Origin: Kiritimatiellia bacterium
Lineage (GTDB): Bacteria > Verrucomicrobiota > Kiritimatiellia > JAAZAB01
DNA: 64,000 nt
Assembly (NCBI GenBank): GCA_040767085.1
Contig: JAXGPF010000009.1
Location: 2,307 to 66,306 of the forward strand
Direction of reading: 5' to 3'
Below the pieces are notes generated by a model, which saw nothing but the letters and a program-made list of their open reading frames with translations, did no database searches and had not been told where the DNA came from. A program made the translations under genes and the position numbers. Shown piece after piece: positions 28,904-38,216 of this stretch (positions are counted from its first letter, which is position 1; each line of letters starts with the position of its first letter).

Positions 28904-29758
28904 ATGAATGACTCTTCCAGCGAAAATAATTCCGGCGATTCCGCATCGGAAATTCTGAACGCCATCGCGGCTTTCGAAAAAATCCTGGAAGCGATCCCGA
29001 ACGATCGCATTTCCCTGGAAACCCTCGCCGATGCGTACGACAAGATCGGCGACCGCGCCCGCGCCCGGACTTACCTGCTGCGCCTGGGAGACGCGCTGCT
29101 CGAGGAAAAAGACGAGGATGCCGCCCGGGACCTGCTGCACAAGCTGCGCGCCTACGCGCCCAACGACGCCGAAGTCCAGAACATTATCGCCCGCATCGAG
29201 AGAATGGAGCCCGAAAAAATCCGGGCCATGGTTTTGGACGCTCCCGGCCAGCCGGCGGCGCCCCGCACCGCCAACATCGCCGCGGAAATTTCTTTCGCAT
29301 GGAATTTACTGCAGGCGAAAAAACTGACCCAGGAAGAATATGCCGGCGTAGTGCGTGACCTGACGGAAAATTCCGCCAAGTCCGCCGTTATCACCGTTTC
29401 CACTCTGCACGTGTTGAATGACCGGAATTTCCCGGGGATGAACGAGGTGCTGGCATTCGTCGCCGGCGCCTGCAACACCCCCATGATCTGCCTGGCCAAT
29501 TTCGAGATCCCGCCCGAAACAGCGGCGCTGCTGCCATTGGAATTCACCATCCGGCGCGGGGCGATCATTTTTGAACTGATGGGCAAAGATGCGCTGGCGG
29601 CCGTGCTCAACCCATACGACGAACAACTGGCCATGGATATCGAAGACCTGACGGGCAAACCGGCCTACCTGTATCTGGTGCACCCATCCGACTTCGACGC
29701 CGCCATCGACAAAATCAAGCAAGCCCTGGCGCCGCCGGCATCCGGATCGAATGCTTAA
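28904..29758 (+). CDS. TPR-like protein with C-terminal GspE-N/MshEN-like domain
   Basis: N-terminal helical repeats. The C-terminal 90 aa (LLPLEFTIRRGAIIFELMGKDALAAVLNPYDEQLAMDIEDLTGKPAYLYLVHPSDFDAAI) match the T2SSE_N/MshEN pattern. Confidence 0.5.
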   Translation: MNDSSSENNSGDSASEILNAIAAFEKILEAIPNDRISLETLADAYDKIGDRARARTYLLRLGDALLEEKDEDAARDLLHKLRAYAPNDAEVQNIIARIERMEPEKIRAMVLDAPGQPAAPRTANIAAEISFAWNLLQAKKLTQEEYAGVVRDLTENSAKSAVITVSTLHVLNDRNFPGMNEVLAFVAGACNTPMICLANFEIPPETAALLPLEFTIRRGAIIFELMGKDALAAVLNPYDEQLAMDIEDLTGKPAYLYLVHPSDFDAAIDKIKQALAPPASGSNA

Positions 29759-29805
29759 CGTCCCCGGCGTCCGGCCCGGGCCGGCGCCGCCGGCCCGGCG
29801 GCGCC

Positions 29806-30389
29806 ATGACGCCGGCCCTGTGCGCTTCAGATTTTCCCGGCAGCGCCCAACTGGCGGCGCAGTTGCAAAGGCGGCAGACCCGTAGTCTGGCGTATCAGGC
29901 GGGAAAAATAATTCGGATCCCGGAAGCCGCACTTGCCGGCCGCGCCGCTTCTTCCATATCGGGATGGATGAAGATCACGACCGCTCCCATACCCAATTCG
30001 CGGCGGCCGTGAATGTGCTGGCGGCTGGCCTGCAACAGCGGGGCCTGCGCGCAGTCATGTGGCGCGATACCCGCCTGGACGCGCGCGGCCTGGTGTTCAA
30101 TGAAAAACACAGCGCCGTGGAAAAAGCATTGCCTGCCAGCGTGGTGCGGATGGTCTGGAATTACGAAGGCGTCAGCGACACGGAAACCATCCGGGCCATG
30201 TGGGATGGCGGGTTTGAAATCTGGGCGGGAATTGCCGGCGCCAAGCCGGAATCCGCCGCTGCGTGGGCGCGCCTGCTGGCCCACCCCGGTAATCCGCATC
30301 CCGGCATCATCATCACCAACTGGAAACCCTGCATCCCGGCCTACCGTCCCTTCCATCTGGGCATGCTGAATGCGCTGGCTGGGGTTTAA
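29806..30389 (+). pseudogene. possible frameshifted remnant of a glycoside-hydrolase-like gene
   Basis: Coding-like signal in two different frames (ORFs 29806..30012 and 29964..30389). The junction translates FFHIGMDEDHD, reminiscent of the H-x-G-G-D-E motif of GH20-type hydrolases. Located in an otherwise empty convergent gap. Confidence 0.25.
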
Positions 30390-31300
30390 TACAGCGTAGC
30401 GCCCACCCTCAGGAAACGCGTTTCACCTTGGTAGCGGAGCAAAACACCGTCTTCCTGTATTTTCAGTAGGATGACCCCTTCTATCTGGCTCCCTGAAAAA
30501 ACCATGGTATTGTTGAGCCGCGCGGCGCCTTCACCGGGAACCGCGCTGCACAAAACACCCGATAAATTTAAGCGCGGCCATATTACCGGCGGGGCGGGCT
30601 GGACGGCAACCGCCGCCGGCGACACCTGTGGCTTCGGCACGGGTGCAGCAGCCACTTCCGCCGGGGACGGCGGCGGAGCTAACGCGGCAGGCGCATTGGC
30701 GTCCGGCGCGCTGTCAGGCGCCGTAACTGGAGCCGGCGCAGCCCCGTCTGCAGTGGCCGGCGCCAAGACGGGCGGCGGCGCGGGCGCTGGAGATGCAGCC
30801 GGGCCGGAGGCGGCGGCAGCGGCAGAATTATCCTGGGGTGGCGCAACCTCAGCCGGCACTGAAGCGGGCGCGCCCGGTTCGGAAGCTGCCGCGGGCAATG
30901 ACGCCAATTGCGTACGCTCCGCACCATGCTGGAAATGCCGCCAGGCCATCCACAACAAGCCAAAGACGGCCGCCAGGATCAACAAGACTGCCAGGACCAC
31001 GCCCAGCATCCCCAACCAGGGGCGCCGCGTCTTGTCAGCCAAGGGCGGCGGATCGCGCGGCTCTTCCGAAAATGCTTCCGGCTCCGGCACGGACTTGCGC
31101 ATCGAAAGCTTGCCGGGCGCCGGAGTATGTCCCGGCGCCGGCCGGGGTTCCGGCACCGGCCGGGGCTCCGGCGCCGGCGGAGGGGGCGTTTTCTCCGTCG
31201 GTGCGGCCGTGCCATCCGGCGGCGCGCTGGCCGCTTCTGGTGACCGTCCATTGCCGAACTCCGCCTGCTGCCTTCTAAGGGCTTCCTGAATCAAACTCAT
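30386..31300 (-). CDS. GspB/ExeB-like protein (Pro/Ala-rich, single TM, conserved C-terminal domain)
   Basis: Cytoplasmic Pro-rich N-terminus. TM helix (LGMLGVVLAVLLILAAVFGLLW). Periplasmic low-complexity linker. C-terminal block (VFSGSQIEGVILLKIQEDGVLLRYQGETRFLRV) resembling the GspB C-terminal domain. Start overlaps the gspA-like stop. Confidence 0.5.
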   Translation of the reverse strand: MSLIQEALRRQQAEFGNGRSPEAASAPPDGTAAPTEKTPPPPAPEPRPVPEPRPAPGHTPAPGKLSMRKSVPEPEAFSEEPRDPPPLADKTRRPWLGMLGVVLAVLLILAAVFGLLWMAWRHFQHGAERTQLASLPAAASEPGAPASVPAEVAPPQDNSAAAAASGPAASPAPAPPPVLAPATADGAAPAPVTAPDSAPDANAPAALAPPPSPAEVAAAPVPKPQVSPAAVAVQPAPPVIWPRLNLSGVLCSAVPGEGAARLNNTMVFSGSQIEGVILLKIQEDGVLLRYQGETRFLRVGATLY

Positions 31301-32106
31301 ATATTTCCCTCCAACTGTCTGATGGCTTTTTCAACGCAGGGCTTTTCAATGACCCTGACATTCGCGACATAGCCGGCCAACAGGGTGATATCGCACAAAG
31401 CATTGACCAGGCGCGGCACACCTTTGGTGTACTCGTAGACACGCCGCAAGGCCTCGGCGCGGAATAATTCGCCGCCAGCCCAACCGGCAGTCCGCAGACG
31501 ATGGCGGACGTAATCGCCAATTTCCTCTTCCGTCAGCGGCAGCAAGTGATAACGGACAGTGATCCGCTGGCGCAATTGCCGCAATTCCGGCGCCGCCAGG
31601 CGCTGTTTTAATTCCGGCTGCCCGCACAGCACGATTTGCAGGAGTTTGTGCTGGTCGGTCTCCAGGTTGGACAGCAAACGCACCTGTTCCAGGACGGCCG
31701 GCGTAAGGTCCTGCGCTTCGTCAATAATGACCGCCACATTATTGCCATTGCGCAATTGTTCCAGCAGAAAGGCGTTCAAACACTCGATATAGGCCAGGCG
31801 GTCGCGCCCTTTGACGCTCAAGCCGAAATCAGCCAGAATTGCCCGCAGCAACTGGCTCTCCGTCAGGCAGGGATTCAAGACCATGGCCGTCTGGATCGTA
31901 CTCGACAGCCTGGACAAAACGGCCCGGCAGAGCGTAGTTTTACCCGCGCCGACTTCGCCGGTCAATTCGATGAAGCCCTTGCGGTGTTCGATGCCGTAAA
32001 GCAGGTGATCGAACGCCTCGCGGTGTCGCGGCGTGAAGAAGAGGAACCGCGGGTCCGGAGTGATGTTGAAAGGCGCTTCTTTCAGGCCGTAATGTTGAAA
32101 ATACAT
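31297..32106 (-). CDS. GspA/ExeA-like AAA ATPase (general secretion pathway protein A family)
   Basis: Walker A GEVGAGKTT. Walker B VIIDEAQDL. ExeA-like N-terminus (YGLKEAPFNITPDPRFLF). Confidence 0.65.
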   Translation of the reverse strand: MYFQHYGLKEAPFNITPDPRFLFFTPRHREAFDHLLYGIEHRKGFIELTGEVGAGKTTLCRAVLSRLSSTIQTAMVLNPCLTESQLLRAILADFGLSVKGRDRLAYIECLNAFLLEQLRNGNNVAVIIDEAQDLTPAVLEQVRLLSNLETDQHKLLQIVLCGQPELKQRLAAPELRQLRQRITVRYHLLPLTEEEIGDYVRHRLRTAGWAGGELFRAEALRRVYEYTKGVPRLVNALCDITLLAGYVANVRVIEKPCVEKAIRQLEGNI

Positions 32107-32109
32107 AAT

Positions 32110-32988
32110 TCAATCATGCGCATGATCGGCGTCGTCCTGGTGCATATCAGATTCGCCGACATGGTCATGTTGGCATATATGCCGGTTATGTGCAAGCAAG
32201 TTATCCAGCAGGTCCGCCGCGGGCGGGCGGGGTTGTTCGCCGCGGCGCAGGGCCGCAAGGCGGGCGCGCACGCCGGTGCGCGCCGGGAAAATATCGAGGA
32301 TGCCTTCGTGCAATTCCGCCGCCAGCGCCGTTTGGCCCTGCAGTTCGGCCAGCAAGGCGCGGTACATTTTCATCTGGGCCGCATCCAGGCGCGCATCGTC
32401 ATCATCACTGGCCAGCGGATGCGGCCAGAGACGCAGGCCGGCATCGAGCGTGCTGGCCGCGGCCGGCCAGCGGCCGCGGCGCATCCAGAGCCGGCCCTGT
32501 TCCAGAAAAATCCGGTAATCGCGGGGATGGTGGCGATAAGCTTCGCGAAGCAATTCCAGCGCCAGATCCGGCCGGCCGAGTTGTTCGGCCAACCAGAAAG
32601 ATCCCACCGCATAGGCCGTGACATTGCCCGGATCCATCCGTGTGGCAATAAACAGCCATGGCAGCACTTCCTGCATTTCGCCGGGTTGCAGGTGTTGCTG
32701 CACCCGGGGCGCGACGGCGTCATGCAGCGCGCTGAACCAGCCGTTAAAAGCCCGGGGCGGCGGCGCGGAAACCCCTTTGTGAAACACGCTATCCGCCTTT
32801 AAAAACAAGCGTTCACCCAGCGCGGACCGGCTGCCGCCCAGCAGGCGCAGGAAGACCGTCGTGCCGGCGGCGCGGGAAGGCTCCCCCGCCGCCGGGCCGG
32901 CCTGGACAAAAATCAGGCAAGCCAGGCTGAAGGCCGACGCCCACAAGGCCCCGGTCAAAAGCAGAGGATGCATCATGGATGTGCGCAT
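32110..32988 (-). CDS. secreted TPR-like protein with His/Asp-rich C-terminus
   Basis: Signal peptide. TPR-like helices. C-terminal tail HNRHICQHDHVGESDMHQDDADHAHD. Confidence 0.45.
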   Translation of the reverse strand: MRTSMMHPLLLTGALWASAFSLACLIFVQAGPAAGEPSRAAGTTVFLRLLGGSRSALGERLFLKADSVFHKGVSAPPPRAFNGWFSALHDAVAPRVQQHLQPGEMQEVLPWLFIATRMDPGNVTAYAVGSFWLAEQLGRPDLALELLREAYRHHPRDYRIFLEQGRLWMRRGRWPAAASTLDAGLRLWPHPLASDDDDARLDAAQMKMYRALLAELQGQTALAAELHEGILDIFPARTGVRARLAALRRGEQPRPPAADLLDNLLAHNRHICQHDHVGESDMHQDDADHAHD

Positions 32989-33003
32989 GCTCTCTTCCTT
33001 GCC

Positions 33004-33792
33004 TCAAATCCGCGCGGCGCGTGAAAATTTCTTGTTGCGGTAAACCAGCCAGGCGGCGGACAGCAACAAGCCCGTCAACACCGCTCCGTACGCCAGGATC
33101 ATGCCCACCGCGGCCCAATCCGCCGGCGGCCAGTCATGCGCCAGGCGCAGGCGCAGATCGAACAATTCCAGGTGCGGCAGGGCAAAGTAAAGGGCGAGCA
33201 GCAGATCGTGCCGGGTTCCGGCGGCATGCAGGATCAACTCCGGAATCCGCGGCGCCAGGAAATAGGCGCTCAGGCTCCAGACATAAGCCAGCGCCGCGGC
33301 GGCATCGTAATTCATGCAGGTGGAAAGCAGGACGCTCATCGCCGCCAGCACGGCCAGGCAGGCAGCCTGGAGCAAGCCATGCTGGATGAAAATGGCGCCC
33401 GCAAAAGAACCGCCCCGCAGCGCCACGATCGCCGCCAGCACGGCATGCAGCCACAGGCAGGCGGCCAGGCCGCCCAACCAGGCGCCCAACCATTTGCCGG
33501 CCAGCAGTTGCCAGCGGGTCAGCGGCTTGGACAGGAGGATGAATATCGTGCCTTCCGCTTCCTCGCGCGGCAGCTGGCGCGCGGCGTAATTGACGGTCAG
33601 GTACCAGGCGCAAATCCAGACCATCAGCAATCCGATTTCCTTGACGTAGCCGGGCATCCCGCCCAAGCCGAAAATATTCAAAGAAATCATGCCCAGCAGG
33701 AACGCGGCCATCAAGATCAGCAGGACGTAGACGTCCTTGCGGCGCAGCATTTCCAGCCAGACAATCTGGGCAATGGTCAGGATTTTGCGCAT
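33004..33792 (-). CDS. ABC-2 type transporter permease
   Basis: Six hydrophobic helices. The internal ATG at 33792 overlaps the ATPase gene end. Confidence 0.55.
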   Translation of the reverse strand: MRKILTIAQIVWLEMLRRKDVYVLLILMAAFLLGMISLNIFGLGGMPGYVKEIGLLMVWICAWYLTVNYAARQLPREEAEGTIFILLSKPLTRWQLLAGKWLGAWLGGLAACLWLHAVLAAIVALRGGSFAGAIFIQHGLLQAACLAVLAAMSVLLSTCMNYDAAAALAYVWSLSAYFLAPRIPELILHAAGTRHDLLLALYFALPHLELFDLRLRLAHDWPPADWAAVGMILAYGAVLTGLLLSAAWLVYRNKKFSRAARI

Positions 33793-34511
33793 GCCAGCAG
33801 CCTCAGAAAATATTGCTCCAGACTTTCGCCCGGACGCGCCAGGCCGGCAATCGGGCCGGACGCCGCCAGGCGCCCCCGGACGATAATGCCAACGCTGTCG
33901 CATACTTTTTCCACTTCCGACAATTCGTGCGAGGAAAAAAACACCGTGCACCCGCGTGCGCGCAGTTCTTCCATGATCCGCCGGACTTCGATGCGGCCGG
34001 GCGGATCGAAACCGCTGGTCGGCTCGTCAAGGATCACCAGTTCCGGATCGTTGATTAAGGCTTGCGCCAGCCCCAGACGTTGCAGCATGCCCCGCGAATA
34101 AACGGCAATCCGCCGGTCCGCCGCGCCGGCCAGCCCTACCCGTTCCAGCAGGACGCCGGCCCGCCGGCGCGCCGCCGCGGCCGTCAGGTCAAAGAGCCGA
34201 CCCATCATGCACAACAATTCCCGCCCGGTCAGAAACCGGTAAATCTCCGGCCGCTCGGACATGTACCCGATCCGGCTGCGCGCCAGCGCCTGGCGGACAT
34301 CCCCGCCCAGAATCCGCAGCGTGCCGGAAGTCGGTGCGATAAATCCCAGCAGCGCGTGGACGGTGGTGGTTTTGCCGGCGCCGTTGGGGCCGATAAAGCC
34401 GAATACCTGCCCGCGCGGCACGCTCAGATTCAAGCCGTCCACCGCGCGCACACTCCCATGGCGCGCGGGAAATTCCACCACGAGGTTTTGTATTTCAATC
34501 GCCGGATTCAT
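33777..34511 (-). CDS. ABC transporter ATP-binding protein
   Basis: Walker A GPNGAGKTT. Signature YSRGMLQRLGLA. Walker B LVILDEPTSG. Confidence 0.85.
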   Translation of the reverse strand: MNPAIEIQNLVVEFPARHGSVRAVDGLNLSVPRGQVFGFIGPNGAGKTTTVHALLGFIAPTSGTLRILGGDVRQALARSRIGYMSERPEIYRFLTGRELLCMMGRLFDLTAAAARRRAGVLLERVGLAGAADRRIAVYSRGMLQRLGLAQALINDPELVILDEPTSGFDPPGRIEVRRIMEELRARGCTVFFSSHELSEVEKVCDSVGIIVRGRLAASGPIAGLARPGESLEQYFLRLLACAKS

Positions 34512-35886
34512 GAGCCATCGCCATCAATTGGTCTATCTTGCGTTGAAAATAACGCCGTTGGCGCGCCGTGGCAAGCTTTTCCTGCGCGATCCGACGGCGC
34601 AACCCGGACCAGTCCAGCCCGGCCGTGCCCCCCAGGTGGGTTTTGCGTGCGATCGCGGCGGCCGGATCGGCGTCCTGCAAATCCGCCAGGTGTTCCTTGA
34701 CATACCGGTAAGCGTCGCGGAAGGCCATGCCCTCGGCGGTCAATTCCAGGGCGCGGTCGGCGGCGAAAACGGCGGGAGTAAATCCCCGGCGCAGGGCTGC
34801 CCGGTCAACGGCCAAGCCGGCGATCAAGGGGCGCATGACGCAGAGCGATCCGCGGACGACCTGGAAGCCGCGCATGAACGGCGCCTTGGTCTCCTGCAAG
34901 TCGCGGTTGTACCCGCCCGGCAGACCCTTCACCATGTCCGCCACGCCGAAAGCATCCGCCAGCGCGGCCGCGGCGCGGGCGCGCAACAATTCCAGGATGT
35001 CGGGATTGTTCTTCTGGGGCATGATGCTGCTGCCTGTGCAAAGTTCCGGCGGCAGGCGGAAATACCCGAACTCCGGCATGGTGAAAAGCATCAGGTCCTG
35101 CGCCAGGCGCGAGAGGGTCAGCATGATCTGCGATAACGCCATCAGGATCATGGATTCCAGTTTTCCGCGGGCGTTGGCGGCAGCCATCACGTTGTGGCAG
35201 GGCGCGGCAAATCCCAGCAGTTTCGCCGTCAACCGCCGGTCGAGCGGCAGCGGCACCCCGTACCCGGCCGCCGAACCCAGGGGGCACCGGTCGTTCAGAT
35301 CATAGGCGCTCCGCAGCAAAACCATGTCGTCCAGCAGCCCCTCGGCATAGGCGCCGGCCCACAATCCGACGGAACTGGGCATAGCCGGCTGCATATGCGT
35401 GCGCCCCACCATCGGCAACCGGCGGTAGCGGCAGGCGAAGGCCGCCAGGGCTGACGCCAATTCCAGCAATTCCGCTTCCACGGCGAGCATCTGGTCCTTG
35501 GCGTACAGCCGCAAATCCACGGCTACCTGGTCATTGCGGCTGCGGCCGGTATGCACCCGGCGGCCCAGTTCGCCCAGCCGCGCGGTCAAAACCCGTTCCA
35601 CGGCCAGGTGCACATCCTGATCGGCGATGGTGATTGCAAACCGGCCCTGCCGGGCGAGGCGCCGGATGCGGCCGAGTTCGGCCACAACCCGCGCCGCATC
35701 CGTACGGCTGAACAAACGGGGGCGCACGGGTATTTGCGCCAGCATGACGACATGCGCCGCGGTGCCAATGCAATCGGCGTCCACCAGGTTTCGATCCAGA
35801 CGCAAATCCTCGCCGGCCGTGTATTCCAGCGCCAGCGGCGCAATAGCGCCTACGGTTGTTTGCAGCTTGCCGTCGGATGCCGCCAT
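34495..35886 (-). CDS. argH: argininosuccinate lyase
   Basis: Fumarate-lyase signature GSSIMPQKNNPD and ASL-specific TGRSRNDQVAVDLRLY. Confidence 0.85.
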   Translation of the reverse strand: MAASDGKLQTTVGAIAPLALEYTAGEDLRLDRNLVDADCIGTAAHVVMLAQIPVRPRLFSRTDAARVVAELGRIRRLARQGRFAITIADQDVHLAVERVLTARLGELGRRVHTGRSRNDQVAVDLRLYAKDQMLAVEAELLELASALAAFACRYRRLPMVGRTHMQPAMPSSVGLWAGAYAEGLLDDMVLLRSAYDLNDRCPLGSAAGYGVPLPLDRRLTAKLLGFAAPCHNVMAAANARGKLESMILMALSQIMLTLSRLAQDLMLFTMPEFGYFRLPPELCTGSSIMPQKNNPDILELLRARAAAALADAFGVADMVKGLPGGYNRDLQETKAPFMRGFQVVRGSLCVMRPLIAGLAVDRAALRRGFTPAVFAADRALELTAEGMAFRDAYRYVKEHLADLQDADPAAAIARKTHLGGTAGLDWSGLRRRIAQEKLATARQRRYFQRKIDQLMAMAHESGD

Positions 35887-36027
35887 GATTTACGCCTTTC
35901 CTTATTTTTGCTCAAAAAATTCCCTTTCCCTGTCCCATTTGGCGGCTATAATAGCAATTCAACGGCGCATTTTCAATCAAGAACAGCAAAACGCGGCCCT
36001 CGCCCGCCAAGATCCGCATTCCCGCAT

Positions 36028-36903
36028 ATGCAAAAACATTTCGACAATCAAATCCGCCGGGTCGAAAACATCCTGGAAGCAAGGCTGCCGCCCGCCGACG
36101 CCATGCCGCAGCCATTGCACACCGCCATGCGGTACAGTGTTTTCGCGGGGGGCAAACGCCTGCGCCCGCTCTTGTGCCTCGCAGCCGCCGCGGCTGCCGG
36201 CGGCGATGACACGCCGGCCCTGCTGCCCGCCGCGGCCCTGGAAGCGCTGCACACCTATACCCTGATCCATGACGACTTGCCCGGCATGGATAACGACAGT
36301 TTGCGCCGCGGCCGGCCCACGCTCCACGTAGTTTACGGTGAAGCCATCGCCATTCTGGCCGGGGATGCTCTCTTGACCCTGGCCTTCGAATGGCTGGCCG
36401 AGACCCATGCCACCCCGCCCTATCATCCCAATCAATTGAGCCTGGAACTGGCCCAAGCCGCCGGGAGCCGGGGCGTCATTGCCGGGCAGGCGGAAGATAT
36501 TGCCGCCGAACGCCAGCCGCCAAATCCGGCCCGTCTGGAATTCATCCATCGGCATAAAACCGGCGACCTGATTCGCGCCGCCGTCCGCATGGGCGCCATC
36601 GCCGCCGGTGCGTCCCCCGGCGTCCTGGCAGGGGTGACAGCTTACGGCGAGCATATCGGCCTGGCGTTCCAGATCGTGGATGATTTGCTGAACGCCACGG
36701 CGGAGGTCGGACAACTGGGTAAAGCGGCCGGCAGCGATGCCCAGCGCGGCAAAATGACCTGGGTGTCGGTGCATGGCCTGGCGGCCGCGCGCCAGGCCGC
36801 CGATCGCCTGGCCGCAACAGCCCGGCGCGATTTGCAGGGACTGCCGGGCGACACGGCCCCATTGCGCGAACTGGCGCGGATGATGATTGAACGCAACAAA
36901 TAA
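36028..36903 (+). CDS. ispA: polyprenyl diphosphate synthase (FPP/GGPP synthase family)
   Basis: FARM LIHDDLPGMDNDSLRRG and SARM FQIVDDLLN motifs. ATG at 36028 chosen; the ORF extends further upstream. Confidence 0.8.
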   Translation: MQKHFDNQIRRVENILEARLPPADAMPQPLHTAMRYSVFAGGKRLRPLLCLAAAAAAGGDDTPALLPAAALEALHTYTLIHDDLPGMDNDSLRRGRPTLHVVYGEAIAILAGDALLTLAFEWLAETHATPPYHPNQLSLELAQAAGSRGVIAGQAEDIAAERQPPNPARLEFIHRHKTGDLIRAAVRMGAIAAGASPGVLAGVTAYGEHIGLAFQIVDDLLNATAEVGQLGKAAGSDAQRGKMTWVSVHGLAAARQAADRLAATARRDLQGLPGDTAPLRELARMMIERNK

Positions 36904-36908
36904 CACGT

Positions 36909-38168
36909 ATGCACCCGCCGTTGAAATATCTGCAAGCTGCCGCCGGCACGGCCCTGGCCCTCCTGATCTGGACCTTTGCCTCCAAAGCGCTGCAGGATGC
37001 CGTTGTTTTTGGCGCCGCCCTTTACGCCATGTATGCCGCCTGGCGCACCGGCCGCGAGTTGGCTGCCTGGCGCCAACCGGCGGGCATGGCTTTTACGGCG
37101 GTGGCCCTTTACATGGCATTATCCCTGCCTTGCTCGCGCGCGCCGGCGGCATCGTTTCGGGATTTCACAGGCCTATTGGAGATTTTCGCCGGCGCGTTTG
37201 CCATCCCGGTGATTTTCAACACCAGGCCGCGGCTGGAGGCGGCCCTGCTGTATAGCGCCAATGCCGTTGTTTTAACGCTGGCCTTTGACCTCGGCCGGCT
37301 CGCTTGCCTGCTCGGACCGGACTTGATGGAGCAGGCCCATGCCTTCCAGCCTTTCATTTTGAATCACAGCAACGTCGCCAGCATGCTGGCGGGACTGGCG
37401 GCGCTGGCGTACTTTTACTTCTTCTGGCAGTGGCGCCAAACCAGGCGCTGGCCGGCGCGCGCCTGCCTGTTGGGCATGTCCGCCGCCCTGGCTTACCAGG
37501 TCGTGCTGGCTTCCCGCGGGCCGCAGCTGGCACTGGCATTGACGGCAGCCGCGATGGGCGCGCTCCTGCCGGGCGCGCGCCGCAAGATTGCCTGGGGTCT
37601 GGCCGCGGCCTGCCTGGGAGCGCTGCTGGCGGGCCATGCGGGAAAGCTGAACCGGCGCATCGTCCCGCCGCCGCCCGACCCGGCGGCGGCCGCCGCGCCC
37701 GCCAGCACGCCGACCCCAGCCGTCCGCATCGCAGAAATTTTACGGCGCAACCTGAATCAGCGCGACATTGTCTGGGAGCACACCTGGCGCCTGGCACGGC
37801 AACGCCCGTGGTTCGGCCATGGTTATGGCAAGCGCAACTTCACCAGCATCTATTACCAGAATGAACCGCCGCCGGCGGATTTTTATTATCCGCACCCGCA
37901 TCAATACTGGCTCAAATTATTCTTCGAATTCGGCTGGACGGGCCTGCTGCTGCATTTGGCGGCCTGGTTGTGTCTGGCATGGCAATTGATGCGCCGCATC
38001 TACCGGGAACCGACCTTCAGCGCGCGGCTCTGGCCGGGCATCCCCGCTTTAATGCTGCTGTGCATTCACCTGTATGGATTGGGCGATTACCCGGACAATC
38101 TCGTTCAAACCGCCCAAATCTGGCTGATACCGGTGGCGCTGGCAATTATCGCCGAACGCGCCGAATGA
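36909..38168 (+). CDS. O-antigen ligase (Wzy_C)-family membrane protein
   Basis: About 10 TM helices with a large periplasmic loop. Wzy_C-like region (LASRGPQLALAL). Confidence 0.5.
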   Translation: MHPPLKYLQAAAGTALALLIWTFASKALQDAVVFGAALYAMYAAWRTGRELAAWRQPAGMAFTAVALYMALSLPCSRAPAASFRDFTGLLEIFAGAFAIPVIFNTRPRLEAALLYSANAVVLTLAFDLGRLACLLGPDLMEQAHAFQPFILNHSNVASMLAGLAALAYFYFFWQWRQTRRWPARACLLGMSAALAYQVVLASRGPQLALALTAAAMGALLPGARRKIAWGLAAACLGALLAGHAGKLNRRIVPPPPDPAAAAAPASTPTPAVRIAEILRRNLNQRDIVWEHTWRLARQRPWFGHGYGKRNFTSIYYQNEPPPADFYYPHPHQYWLKLFFEFGWTGLLLHLAAWLCLAWQLMRRIYREPTFSARLWPGIPALMLLCIHLYGLGDYPDNLVQTAQIWLIPVALAIIAERAE

Positions 38169-38216
38169 CGCGCGCACCGGCCCTGTAGCGGCCGAACTGC
38201 GTTCGGCATCTGCCAA

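Noticed and set aside
31636-32802. 388-aa plus-strand ORF
   Set aside because: Antisense to the gspA-like and TPR genes, which have a clear Walker A/B and a signal peptide respectively.
34261-35136. 291-aa plus-strand ORF
   Set aside because: Antisense to argH, whose fumarate-lyase signature is unambiguous.
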